DNA of 64,000 bases from the NCBI GenBank assembly GCA_958009085.1, contig OY253686.1, positions 620,001 through 684,000 of the forward strand, given 5' to 3'. Position 1 is the first letter of the stretch, and the number at the start of each line of letters is the position of its first letter. The notes below the pieces were generated by a model that was not told the DNA's origin, ran no database searches, and saw only the letters and a program-made list of their open reading frames with translations. Below, in pieces: positions 22,967-34,878 of the stretch. The stretch comes from Protoeuglena noctilucae (taxonomy: Eukaryota). The position numbers and the translations under genes were made by a program.

Positions 22967-25145
22967 TCAGTCGAAAAAGCTGCTGGCGAACTCCTGGTAC
23001 GAGATCTTCCCGTCGTGGTTGGCGTCCATCTCGGCGAAAATGACGTCGATGTCCTTGTCCCGCGTGCCCGGCATGCCCCGGATCGCCACCAGGATCTCAT
23101 CGCGGTCGAGGAAGCCGTTGCCGTCTGCGGGTGCATTGATATACATGTGAGCACCACCATCAAGCGAGTGATGGACGCACCAAGCAAGGACGACCGACAA
23201 CTCCCGACACTGAGTTACAGCACGGCAGCTCGCGCACTGCACCTGTGTCGAAGAGGCTGAAGACGTACTGCAGCCGCTCCTGGCGCGTCATCTTGACCTT
23301 GTCCACCGTGGCGGCCAGGAACTCCTTCCAGTCGATCTTGCGGTCCCCGTCCAGGTCCGCCGCCTCCAGCAAGTCCTGGATCTGCTCCCGGCTGATGCGG
23401 TAGGCCGGGTTCTCCAGGGCGCTGCGGAGCTCGTCGACCGTGATCGTGTTGCTGCGGGGCAGGCGGCAGATGAATGGTGGAACACCTCGCGACTCGTCTT
23501 TCGTGGCCGAGATGGTACGCTGCAGGCAGCGACGTGCCAGCCCTGCCCGACATGCGAAGTGCGGAACGGAAACGGCCTCACCTCTTGTCCTTGTCAAGGT
23601 CCTCAAACATGTTCTTCATGCCGCGGATCTCGTCGTCGGCCAGCGTGTCGGCCAGGGCGTACATGGCGCGCTTGATGAGCTTGTTGTGCTTGCTGAACTT
23701 GGCGATGCGCTCCGCCACCACGTGCGACAGGACCGTGTCGGGGGCGTGGCCACACAGCCACGGGTCGCGCAGCACCTCCTCCGCCGTCGGCCTGGACACG
23801 AGCGAGCCGGGGGACGGAGGCCGCTAAGCCACGGGGACTCCCTTGCGAGGCCAAGCAACTTGAGAACCGCCAGGAGCCTCGACGATGCCGTGCTCATCAA
23901 GCATCCGACTCCGCCCCATGGCACGCACCTCATCTTGATGTTGCGCTCCAGCATCTGCTGCACGAGCTTGTGGGCTCCCTCCGAGACGTTGGGCCACGGG
24001 TCCGTCTCGAAGTCGACCGGCTCGTACCGGATCTGCCGGTACACCTGCTTCTGGTCGCCCCAGAAGGGCGGGAGGCCGCTCTGCAGGGAAGGGGAGGACG
24101 CGGGGCGTTGCCGGAGGTGCCCGGGGAGCAGCCCTTGCTTCTGCACGGCCATGCTGCTCGGCACCACCGCTGGCGCCACCGCCAGCGTCTCACCAGGAGG
24201 ATGTAGAGGATGACGCCGACGGACCAGATGTCCGCCTTCTCGTTGTAGCGCGTGACGAGCTCCCCGCGCTCGTTCTTCAGGCCGCACACCTCGGGCGCCA
24301 TGTAGTTGGGGGAGCCCAGGTGCTCGTTGAACCACTGCCCCTTCTTGAAGAACGAGCTGAGGCCGAAGTCGGCGAACTTGATCTGCCCCTTGCCGTCCAT
24401 CAGGAAGTTCTCCGGCTTGATGTCGCGGTGGATGACGCCCATCTGGTGCATCTTGGCCAGGCTCATGAGGATGTTGCGGATCATGTCCGCGGCCTTCTTC
24501 TCCGTGTAGGGCACCTCCTGCTGCACCTTGTCAAACAAGTCCCCCCCCGCGCACAGCTCCTCAATGAGGTGCACCTGGTCCTGGTCCTCAAACGTGTCGA
24601 CGATCGTCACCACGCCCCCCGCGCCCTCCAGGTGCTTCATGATCATCACCTCGCGCCTGCGCAGGTCACAGCTGGCGTGGGGGTCGAGGCGAGCGCGTCC
24701 AGGCAGCACGACACAAGAGGCCATCCGATGGCAAAGAGGCTCTGTAGAGGCCGCAGAGGCTCAAGAAAGATCAAGAACAAATAAGGCCTCACCGCACGTC
24801 CTCCACGTCCAGGATGTCCTGCATGCCCGGCGCCTGGTGGTTCTTGTCGTTGCGGGCAAACTTGTAGATGGTCTTGCAGGCGAACACCTCCCCCGTCTCC
24901 TTGCTCGTGCACTCGCGCACCAGCCCGAACTTGCCCTTGCCGAGCACGCGCCCCAGGTTGTACTTGTCCGCCAGGGGCGGCGTCTCGCGCCCCAGCACGA
25001 ACGTCGGCTCCCCGAGCTTCTTCATGTCCGTGCCCAGGTGCACCGAGATGTGCTTGTAGTTGTCCTTGAATTTGGGGACAAACGGACCCCTGAGCTTCTT
25101 TTCCTCGTCCGTCATCTTCTGCCCTCCCGACGCGCAGTTTCCCAT
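22967..25145 (-). CDS. CDPK: Calcium-dependent protein kinase (kinase, junction domain, 4 EF-hands) with an N-terminal MGNC acylation motif
   Basis: Kinase motifs LGKGKFG, FACKTI, ELCAGGDLFD, HRDIKPENFL, DFGLS and GSPNYMAPE. EF-hands DKDKSNTITVDE, DLDGDRKIDWKE, DTDGNGFLDRDE and DANHDGKISYQE. Confidence 0.95.
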
Positions 25146-26234
25146 AATCAACGTCCCCCAGGCGCGCCCAGCTCTCCAGTGCGGGCGCGGGTCGCGGAAC
25201 TGAGCGGGTCAGATCCGTGCAGAGCTGCCTCGGTCCGCTTCGCCGGGATCCGCGGCGGGGAGCACCTGCGGCGTGGCACGCGGTGGCGTGTTGGATGCCG
25301 GCAACCGGGTCGCGGAGCGAGGAATCCAGCGCTGGCGTTGAGACAACTGCTGATGTTTGCAGACACAGCGGATCAGACCGGCGTCTGGCGCGGGGCCGGC
25401 GGCGGGCAAGAGGCGATCGGAAAGCGCCATTTCCCGGCGAACGGGCGCTCGCGCCCCCTGCAGGGCCCCTGCTGCAGCCATCCTGTGCAATCGGCGCGAC
25501 CCGAAAAAGGGGAGCAGCTGGAGAGATTAGCCGGTTGTTATGCGTGCCTGGGCGGCAAAAGCATCCCCAGCACCTGCGGAGCTGGTCCCTTCCCTCCCGC
25601 TGCCCCCAAACCCGGGAAACGATTCGCCAGCAGGATGCCGCGGTCAACAGAGAGCTGGTGGGATGCAGAGGGCTGCGCGGGCACCTCCAGGCGCCACAGG
25701 GGGCGTGCAAGGCTACAGAGCTTTTGACAGGGCGCCCAGGCACGCGCTGGGCTTTCCGCAGACATCCGAGGGGACAGTCACCGTCAACATGACGACTAAC
25801 CCACGGGAACAACACCCATCGCTGCCCAGAGGCTCGAGCTGGGCACACCAGGGCAGACATGCGAGGTCCCACGGTTCCCTGCGCTCAGCAGAGGCGCGAC
25901 ATCCCCGCGGTCTCACCTCTTCGGAAAGCCTGACGGGCGCTTTCGGCGTCCGATCACGGGGAGCGGGACGGCGCGATCTCCCTGATCCGACGCTCCGAGA
26001 CCACGCTCCGGGACAAGCGCTGCTTTACGACGATAAACGTGCCGACCTCACCGCTTGGCGGGGCCCGGCGAGCCGCTGCCAACTGTGGTCAGCGAGTGTC
26101 AGAGCCAGCTTGCCGCGGGGGGGGGTAGCTGTCGCTCAAAGGGCGCTGCCGGGGCGCGTAGCCGGCAGACGTCTCCCCCTTCACCCGCTTCCCGACTCTC
26201 TCGCGCTCAAGCAAGGCCACAGGGCCCCAGCCAG

Positions 26235-26587
26235 GCGAGTCCGCGCGGGAGCCGGGGGCCCGGCGGGGCCACGGCGTCGCATCTGTCGTAAATCAGCATT
26301 TCCGCACTCATTTTCTGCCGTGGGAGGCAAAGAGTCCCCAGTAGGGCTTAGGTCGCCCCGGACATGTCGGGCAAGGCGACCGGTCCCCGGGCGGCGTGTT
26401 AGGACCCGTTAGGTCGCTGCGCGCGATGCGAGAGCACGGATCGATCTTGCGACCGCCTGTGGACGCGCCTTGGCGCTCCCGATCGGGTCCCCGCGGCAAC
26501 TTTTCGCGCGCGTTGTTGGGCGGGGCCAGGGAGCGCCCCCGCGGCCCCCCGCCGTGCCGATCGCCGGTCCCTGAGCCGTTTTTGCAG
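26235..26587 (+). other. Probable 5'-UTR intron (GC-AG) of the PLAC8 gene
   Basis: CAG|GCGAGT donor at 26235 matches the donor consensus seen across the window. A TTTTTGCAG acceptor ends 5 nt before the ATG. Confidence 0.55.
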
Positions 26588-26592
26588 GAAAG

Positions 26593-27230
26593 ATGTCCGC
26601 TACGCACGGGAAGTGGTCCAGCAGCCTTTTCGGCTGCTGCACCGACTGCGGCGTCTGCTGCTACGGCCTGTGGTGCCTCCCCTGCCTCTACGGGAAGAAC
26701 GCTGACTTCCTCGGCGCCGGCGGGTGCTGCATCCCCTGCCTCTCCTACTACTTCATCTGCTGCTGCGTGGCGCCCCGCACCCGTCGCCAGATCCGCGAGA
26801 AGTACCAGCTGCCGGAGCAGCCCTGGTGAGCGCGCGCGTGCGGCACGAGGCCGGCGGCCACGCGGATTGCGAGCCACGCGCGGTCAATTTGAATGGCATG
26901 GCATGTGGCCCCCTGATCCCTTGGCCAAACCTTCGGCGGCTCGGCACACCTCGCCGTCAAGTCATCGCTCATCGGCACTCCGTCTCCCTCTCGACGCAGC
27001 GGCGACTGCCTGGTCCACCTGTGCTGCAGCCCGTGCGCCGTGTGCCAGGAGGCCCTCGAGATCAAGCTCAAGTGAGTTCGGGGCGGGGCCGCTGGCAAAC
27101 GATTGAGCAATCGCTCGGGCAGCGATGTCACGGAGCGGTGCCGTGTCTTGTTCCTCGCAGGGGCGAGCGGCCGGAGATGACGGGCCAGGTCAACGTGCAG
27201 ACCAACGCCCCGAACCAGGTCCGCATGTAA
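26593..27230 (+). CDS. PLAC8 / plant cadmium resistance (PCR)-family Cys-rich protein, 3 coding exons
   Basis: WSSSLFGCCTDCGVCCYGLWCLPCLYGKN..RRQIREKYQL..C|GDCLVHLCCSPCAVCQE. Confidence 0.92.
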
Positions 27231-27362
27231 AGGACGTCCTCGCCAGGGCGCCAGCCGCAAGCGCAGCTGACAAGGCCCAAGCGATCCTACCTATCCTGCT
27301 CTAAGCTACCTCGGCAGCGTGTCTGCGCATCGACACAGATTTGAAACAGAGCTATTCAATTG

Positions 27363-28440
27363 TCACGCCGCCCGCTCAAAGATGAAGGTTCCGCGCCCAA
27401 GCACGCTCCTCCCGATCAGCATATCGTCGTCCAGGTAAGTCAGCAGGTACTGGCCGCCTCGAGGCGCCCTACCTGTGCTCCCTGGGGGCAGGGCGGAGAT
27501 AGCAGTTGTGGGAGCATGTGACTCGGGTGTCACAAAGCGACAGCAGGACAGCGAGCAGGCCCTCACCTGTCTCGCGATGCACGGCCCCAAGCAGCGTCGA
27601 CGGTGTCCGCAGCGGCACGGTGAAGCGCAGGTTCTTGACCTCCTGCAAGAGCCGCATCTGCACGAGTGTGCGCGGGAGCACGGCAGGCGCCAGGAGGTTC
27701 TGCAAACCCGCAGAGATGTTGACGTCCGAGAGGGACGCCTCCCTGCAGACGACAAGTGAAGGTGTCCGTCACGGACATCAGCCCCCGCTGAGGGCAGTCC
27801 CCGACCATGGCCCGACCACCACAAGACTCGCCGGAAGGTGAGCTCGATGCGATGTGGGGACGTGACTCTGTAGTCGGCCCGCACGGTCGCGGTGACTCCC
27901 TCGCTCTCGTCTAGGAGAAAAGGCACGCTCAGCTTGATGATGTTCTCCACGATGCCCTCCTCTGCAAAGGGCATACGGGGACCAAGTCATCCTGTCATTC
28001 ATGCAACTGGACGCGTGGCCCATCCATCCGCACGCACCCGGCGTCGAGAAGCGCTGGTAGATGTCGCCCACTCTGAGCGGCACCGGCAGGCCCTCGGGCG
28101 GCTTCGCGACAAGTCCCAGCACGTCTGGCGCGGTCGTGTACAGAAGGCGCCATGTCCCCGCGAGCTTGGCGTAGTCCAGGCGGGTGCCGAACGCCTCCAC
28201 GCCCAGCTGGGCGTCCTCCACGGCCCCCTGCTGATTGGTCGACGCCGTGCCCCCTCGGTTGGTGTACGCGATCTCAGAGAGCAGCCGCTGCTTGGCCTGC
28301 TCGGCTTCCTCAGTCACGCTCCGTCCGGAAATGTCTTGGCGGGCCGCGGCCGCGCCGGGCGTGGCGCGAACTCGCGAGTCGCGGATTCGTGGCTGCGGTG
28401 GATGGGGCGTCGCGGACTCTCGCAGGGCGCGTAGAGTCAT
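27363..28440 (-). CDS. Plastid lipid-associated protein/fibrillin (resembles the FBN8/PAP10 subgroup)
   Basis: AKQRLLSEIAYTNRG, LAGTWRLLYTTAPDV, VGDIYQRF, GIVENIIKLS, LLAPAVLPR and YLLTYLDDDMLIGRS..GTFIFER, with an Ala/Arg-rich transit-like N-terminus. The subgroup call is from memory of the plant sequence. Confidence 0.88.
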
Positions 28441-28984
28441 GCGATGGTGTCAATGATCACGCTCGCCTCTCACCACAGAAAGCGCGGCCCGTTCTCGCCG
28501 ATCGGGAATGCCCGGCCGCCTTCCCAGGGAGGCATGCGCATGCAACAACGCCCCGCTCATAGTGGCCGGGTCTGCCACCGAGGCAGCCGTGCCTACGCGA
28601 TGAACAGCGGACGGAGGTCGCCGACGTGCCCTGAAAAGACACAACAGCTGGTATGAGAGACCGCAAAACCTGGATGAGTGTCTACGATTGCACCGGGCCG
28701 GAGCAAGGCAACGCGACTGCAGGTTGACTCTCTCTTGCAGCGGGCATTAGTCGGTAGTCCAGGATGAGCTGCCGCGTGCCGTGTGCCTTGCTTGTGCTGC
28801 AATTTGACCTGCGACTACGCGGGACAGACTCGCCGCACAAGCGCCGATCCATGCTCTGGCGTGCGTAGGGCGTAGAGAATCCGATTGCGGTGCGGCTGTG
28901 CCGCCGGCGGGGCCGCCCGCGTGTCCGGCTGAGGCGCGGCACGCTGGCGACGCGGCACCGCGCGAACGCGCTTTACTTCGGCGA

Positions 28985-31900
28985 ATGAGCGCGGTGGCCT
29001 CCGCTGCCGCGGGGCCGGCAAGCCCTTCCTCAGACCTCGACGCTCGGGAGGAGGAAATCAAGCGGTTGCGTGCCGAGAGGGAGCAGTGAGCAGCCCGTTT
29101 GCGGGGGGGGGGGGGGGCACGCTGGGCACCTGCTCCTCGGCGGGAGCTCCGATTCGTACTTGGCCGTCCCTCGCGCGTCCGCAGACAGCTTCGCGATGCG
29201 CTGCGGGAGCGGAACGAGCAGCTGCGCACGGCAGCGGAGGCGTTGGCCCAGCTGCGCAAGGACTTCGACTTCAACCTCGAGGCAAGGGTCGCGCGGCCCC
29301 CGGGGAGAAGGGACGGGGCGCTCTTTCCCGCCGCGACCATACTGCCATCCGATGCGCAGGTTGTGAGGGCCCGGGACCGCGAAATCGCCGCGCTGGACGA
29401 GGAGGTCCAGGAGCTGCGGTCCGACATGCAGGCCAACGCGCGGCTGTTGTCCGAGGCGCGCCTGGCCGTGTCCCATGCCGACGCGCAGCTGTGGTGAGAA
29501 TCGAGGTGCTCTCTCGCCACGGTCCCGGGGCGCCTGGCGGAGCGAGCGGCAGGATTGTCACGTCCTTTGGGTCGCAGGTCCGCTCGCCAAGGCGCTGCTG
29601 AAGAGGTCCAGGCGCTGCGGTCCCAGCTCGCAGCGCTGGCGGGGCAGATGGAGCACGAGCGCGCCGCGGCGGTGCAGGAGCAGCTGCGGCTGCAGGAGGC
29701 GGCGGCGGCGGAGGGCAGGCGCCTGCGTGCGCGCATTGCCGAGGTGAGGGCGGGCTGCGAGGGGAGGCACGCGCGCGGTATGGACCTCCGGGGCTGATAT
29801 CAATACCCCAGCTCTGCCTCAGCTGGAAGACGAATCGGCGCGGCAGCACGAGGCTCTGTCGGCGAGGTTTGGGGAGGAGATGGCGCGGCGGGAGTCGGAC
29901 GCTCGGGTGCGCGCGCTGGCCGCCGAGCAGCGCGCCGAGCAGGCGGACTCGCGGGCGCGGCAGCTGGCGGCGGAGGTGGAGGGGCTGCGTGGGAGGGCGC
30001 GGGAGATGGCGGGGCGCGCGACGGACGCCGAGCGGCGGGCGAGGGAGGCGGAGGCAGAGACGGCGGCAACAAGATTCGAAGCCTCCGAAGCGGCGCGGCG
30101 GGCGGAGGATGCGTTGCGGGAGGGGCAGGTGGGCGCGTGGCAGCCCAGGCACGTCTGCCTTGTCATGTGGCAGCACTCCATGGCTGGCTCCCGGCACCTG
30201 CGCAATCCCGTGTGTCTTTGCAGGAGCAGGTCCGCGCGTCCGAGGAGGCTCGCCGATCTCTGGAGAGCGACCTGCGGAAGGCGCTGGGCGAGGAGCGGCA
30301 GCGGAGTGCGGCGCTGAGCCGGGAGGTGGAGGGTGCCAGAGCCGCAGCGGCGAAAGCGGAGGCGCGGGCGAGGGCAGCGGAGGAGGAGCGGGAGCGGGCG
30401 GGGCGCGCGGCGGCCGAGGCGGCTGCTGCCATGGGCGAGGCGATGCGAGGGGAGGTGGCGGAGCGGGCGGCGGAGGCCGAGGTGAGGAGCTGTGCGGGCT
30501 GTTGGGCGACATGCGTGTCGCAAGTGAACATCGGGATGCATTTGGTGTCAATCAGGAATCGCAGTGTGGGGATGCCCGGCGAATGTGTGGCAGAGACGCA
30601 AGTGTTTGATGCGCCTACGCAGTCGTTGCGGGAGCGCCTGTGGGAGCGGGAGCAGGAGGTGGGGTCGCTGATGCAGCAGTGCTCTCTGCACCAATCTCTG
30701 TGTGAGGCGAAGGAGAGGGCCGCGGAGGAGGCGGCGGAGGAGGCCCGGCGGGCGGAGGAGAGGGCGAGAGAGGCACAGCGGCAGGCGAGGGGGTGGCAAG
30801 CGGGCATGGTGCCTTGCCAAGACAACACCGCGTGGCTGTCTAAGCAAGAGATCTGGAGTGGACGACGCAGCCAAAGGGTTTGTCCCTGACAGCTGCGCCG
30901 CGTCCCTCTCGGTGGGCATCGCACGATCACACCTTGATGCCCCTGTCGCCCCTGCAGGCGGTCACCCTGCGTCTGCAGCTCGAGGAGGCGCGGTCCGTGG
31001 CGGCGGAGGCGGAGTCGCGGGCGTCAGCGGCGGGGGAGGTGGCGAGGAGGGCCCAGCTGCGGGCGGAGGGGGCGGAGATGGCTGCCATGGCGGGTGAGGC
31101 AGAAACGTGTGGTAGGCACATCGTGTACTGTGACCTTGGTTTCATAAAGTATAACCTTACGCAGATGAGGATGTCATATCACCCATGCTCACGCTCGCAC
31201 CGCCCACCTCGCCACCTCGCAGCCCCGGCACACGCCACGCCCAGCCCGGCCCGCCCGGCAACGTCGCCGCCTGTGGCACCTGAGCGTGCATCCCTCGCTG
31301 GGCAGCCACCCGGCTCCCAGCCGAGCGCCACGCACCGGGCAGACGGCAGTCCTTGCCGACCCCTCCAGCACGGCGGGCAAGTGCGGCCGCTGGCTGTGGC
31401 GGGTCGCGACGACGCGGGGTTGCCTGTGGGTGAAGTGCATGTGGGTGCAGTGCAGGAGGTCAGGGCCTCTGGCGACTCCTGGCCTGCGGGGTGCCATCCG
31501 GGGACTTCCATGGAAGATTCGCTCGCGTGAGTGGCGGGGCGTGGCAATCATGGTTTGGGGTAGGGACTCAGGTGTCCGTAGCGTGAAGTGTCATCAGGGT
31601 TGGTGACTGCGCAAAGGGAGGGATGCTAGTTGTTAGCCATATGCACCAGCCACATCTTCCTCTCTCATCCATCACACCTGCAGGAGTGCCAGCTCTCTTC
31701 GGTCTCTCCCCGCCAGCCCCGGCATCGACAGCCACGGTCCGCCCTGGGCCCCCACGCCCAGCCGCCTGCAGCCGGGGCACCACGCGCACGATGCCTCGCC
31801 AGCCGCACACGCGCATGTAGAAGATCGCACGGGGAGGCCCGGGGTGGCTGGCATGGGCACGGGAAGGCAGTCGTGGGACATGGGCCAAGCGGGTGCCTTG

Positions 31901-34630
31901 CATGGCGGTGACTCAGAGGGTGGCCAGGCGCGGGGATCCTGGGCCGAGGAAGAGGGCCCCTCTTCGGGTGTGCGTGAGGTGTTTCTGGCATACCAGGAGG
32001 CGGCGGCGGATCTGGGGAGGGCCAGGGAGGAGAACGCGCGGCTGCGGTGAGAGGATCGGGGGCGGGGGCGAGGGCCAGGTTGGTGGGGTTGGTTTGACAG
32101 GCAGAGGGTGAAAGTGGTACACTCCCACAACCACACGTGTCACTTGGGAGTTACCCTGTCCATGTCCGTGTCCATTTGCGACCACGCACTTGTCACTTGC
32201 CCTCAGGTCTGCGGTGACGATGATGAGGGAGGAGATGGAGTCGCTGCTGATGGCGCAGAGGGGCCGAGAGGGCGAGACTCGAGGGGCGGATAACAACGCG
32301 GGGCTGTCGATGGGGGAGACGGCGTCGGTGCTGCTGGGCAAGCTGGCGCGGCTGCAGCAGCGCAATGCGCAGCTCAAGCAGGCGAGAAAGGGACTGCGAG
32401 AAATGGGCATGCTGTGATGAACATGCCAGGGATGTCTTGTACATAGCACGAGCAGCTGCCAACTGCCATGGCAATGACAGGCTTGGTGCCGGTCGCCTGC
32501 TTGCCCCGGCCATCAGGCTGCTCACAAGGAATTGATCGTGACTGTGCTTGGCTCATGTGTGTGTGCAGGAGAACGCCCGTCTGCTGGAGCTGTCGGTGGA
32601 GGCGCGTGCCGAGGTCCTGGCGCTTCAAGAGGAGTTGGAGGAGGCGAGGGAGGGGGTCGAGGGGGTGGCGAGGGAGGTGGCCGAGACGCGGAGGCTGGGG
32701 GGGGGACAGGTGCGGCGGGGGTGCCACCCAGGCAATGTTATTAGAATCACTGGTAGTAGTGTCATTAATGATATTCATACTGTGCAAGCCACACGTAAGT
32801 AGCTTTGTAGCTCAGACCCTGACACCGGCACCCGTTACCGCTGCAGGCAAACGAGGCAGAGGCGTCCCGTGGCCCTGCATCGGCTCAGCCGAGGATGGAG
32901 GCCCGCTTTGACGATGATCGTGGCTTGAGAGAAGTGGGTGGCGATGCAGCACACGACGCGGCCACTGCGGCACTGCTGCGTGCGGCGGGGGCGAGGGGTC
33001 CGCAGTTAACACGACCCTCGCGCAACGCACGGAGGCGGGCGGAGGTGGCGCGGACGGTGCACCCGCGAGCGGAGCCAGAGGGCGGTGCAGCGGCGCAAGC
33101 GCGTGCAGAGGCGGGGCGGCGGGGGCGCGATGGGGCTGGGGATGCGTGGGCGGGGGAAGGGGCGCGACAGGCGGCGTGGGGTGCGGCGCCGAGTGGCACA
33201 GCCGTGGATGCGGCGCAGGACCCCCGTCCGTCGTTCCGTGCGCCGTCGGGTCGCCCCAAGGACCTTTACATGGAGCCTGGGGACTACGTGAAGCCTGGGG
33301 ACCGTGACAGCCCAGAGATGAGGCGGTCTCTGGAGATGCAGCGGCAGGGAGGGCCGCTGGCTGCCGCACAGGTGAGAGCAGAGCACTCTGTGCTTCCTAA
33401 GTGGCTGCTTGCTAAGAGGCACTCGACATGACGTGTCGAACAACTTGTTCTGCCGTGGTCGACGCAGCGCACTGCTGACATGGCACGTGCGGTGGCTTGC
33501 TCCGTAATATGAGGCATGACTTCAGCACTTATCTACCACCCGCACTCTCTGCAAGCATGTGCGATAGCCTAAGCACTGCTCCACCCTCCCACCCCGCAGA
33601 CCCGGGCGTCGATCGATGCGGCCCGCCGGTCCCTTTCCCATGGCCTGGCCCTCGCCCTGCGCGCCTTCACGACCCACGCCCACTCGGGGTTTCAGAACGG
33701 ACCCGGCGCATCGGACCTGGCAAACGTGGCAGATGCAGAAGGGACTGGGGGAGGTGAGGAAACAGTATTGCATCACTCGCGACTCCAAGTGCCAACGTCT
33801 GTTGATGTACTAGTTGATAGTCTGCTATCAAACCAATCAACTGCTGGTCAGGGCCACGGAATGAAGCATTGCCAACAGCTTGCACGTTTGGGCCTGCCAC
33901 TCAGTCCGCTGCCGCGTCTGGTCTTTGCAGGGTTTGCGGCCTTCCCATCTGACCCCTACTGGGCCGCGGGGGGCGCAGCGAGTGATCCGGAGGGGCTGGC
34001 GAGGCGGCGGGGAGGCTACGGTGGGATGGATGGCGAGGGGGACCACACTGGCGGTGATGGGGAGGGCGCAGAGTCGGATGGGCCATGGGCGGGGGTGGCC
34101 GGGGCGGGCATTGGGCTCGAGGAGCGCGCGCCGAGGACAGCCACGGCGTCCTCGCGCTACAGCGAGGTGAGATGAGAGGGTTTGAACACATGACGGTGCT
34201 GTATCCATGGGCTCTTCGCGGGTCTTTGAGTCTCCCACCCTTTACTCGAGTATTGTTGTGGCTCTCGCAGTCGCAGCGGCGCAAGCTGCGTCAGCTGGCC
34301 GAGCGCCGGGCGCGGCAGCGCAGTGGGCAGGGGTGGGGCAGGGGCCGTGGGATGGAGGGCCTCGTGAGCGTGGAGACATTGGAGCGGGTGAGGGGTGGCT
34401 GATGGGTATCTTGCACTGCTATGGCCAATGCCATGTGTGTGGGGGATGGGCATACATGGCTTGTGGCAGGCGAGAGCAGGCGTCAACTGTGACGTGTAAC
34501 GTCAATCGTGACATGCATTTGCCCATTGCAGATGCGGAGGTCGTCTGTGCTGTCGAGCCGTGCCCCCAGCCGTGGGCGGGGGATGCTGGGGGCGGAGCGG
34601 AAAGCCCCGGGGCCGCATTGGACGCCGTGA
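28985..34630 (+). CDS. Uncharacterised long coiled-coil protein, about 14 exons; 3' end is either 34402 or 34630
   Basis: Chain of splice-compatible Glu/Ala/Arg-rich exons (DLDAREEEIKRLRAEREQ|QLRDALRERNEQL.., ARDREIAALDEEVQELRSD, LGKLARLQQRNAQLKQ|ENARLLEL). No catalytic motif recognised. Confidence 0.55.
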
Positions 34631-34878
34631 GGGCCAGAAAAGGGTGGGCGTAGGGTGGCGATTGTGACGTGCGACAGGGAACGTGCTGCGGGTGCCGTTG
34701 TGATGTGAAGCGAGGGCTGCGAGGCTTGCTAGTAGGCAAGCAAGGAAGTCATGAGCAGACGAGTTGCCAGACACTTCAGAGTCACGCGTCAGCTGCTGAT
34801 GATGGTTAGTCACTAAGTAAAGGGACCAACAGGCGCTGGCAAGGCATGGGCAGCTGGTCGAGTTGCCTGGTGTCTCGG

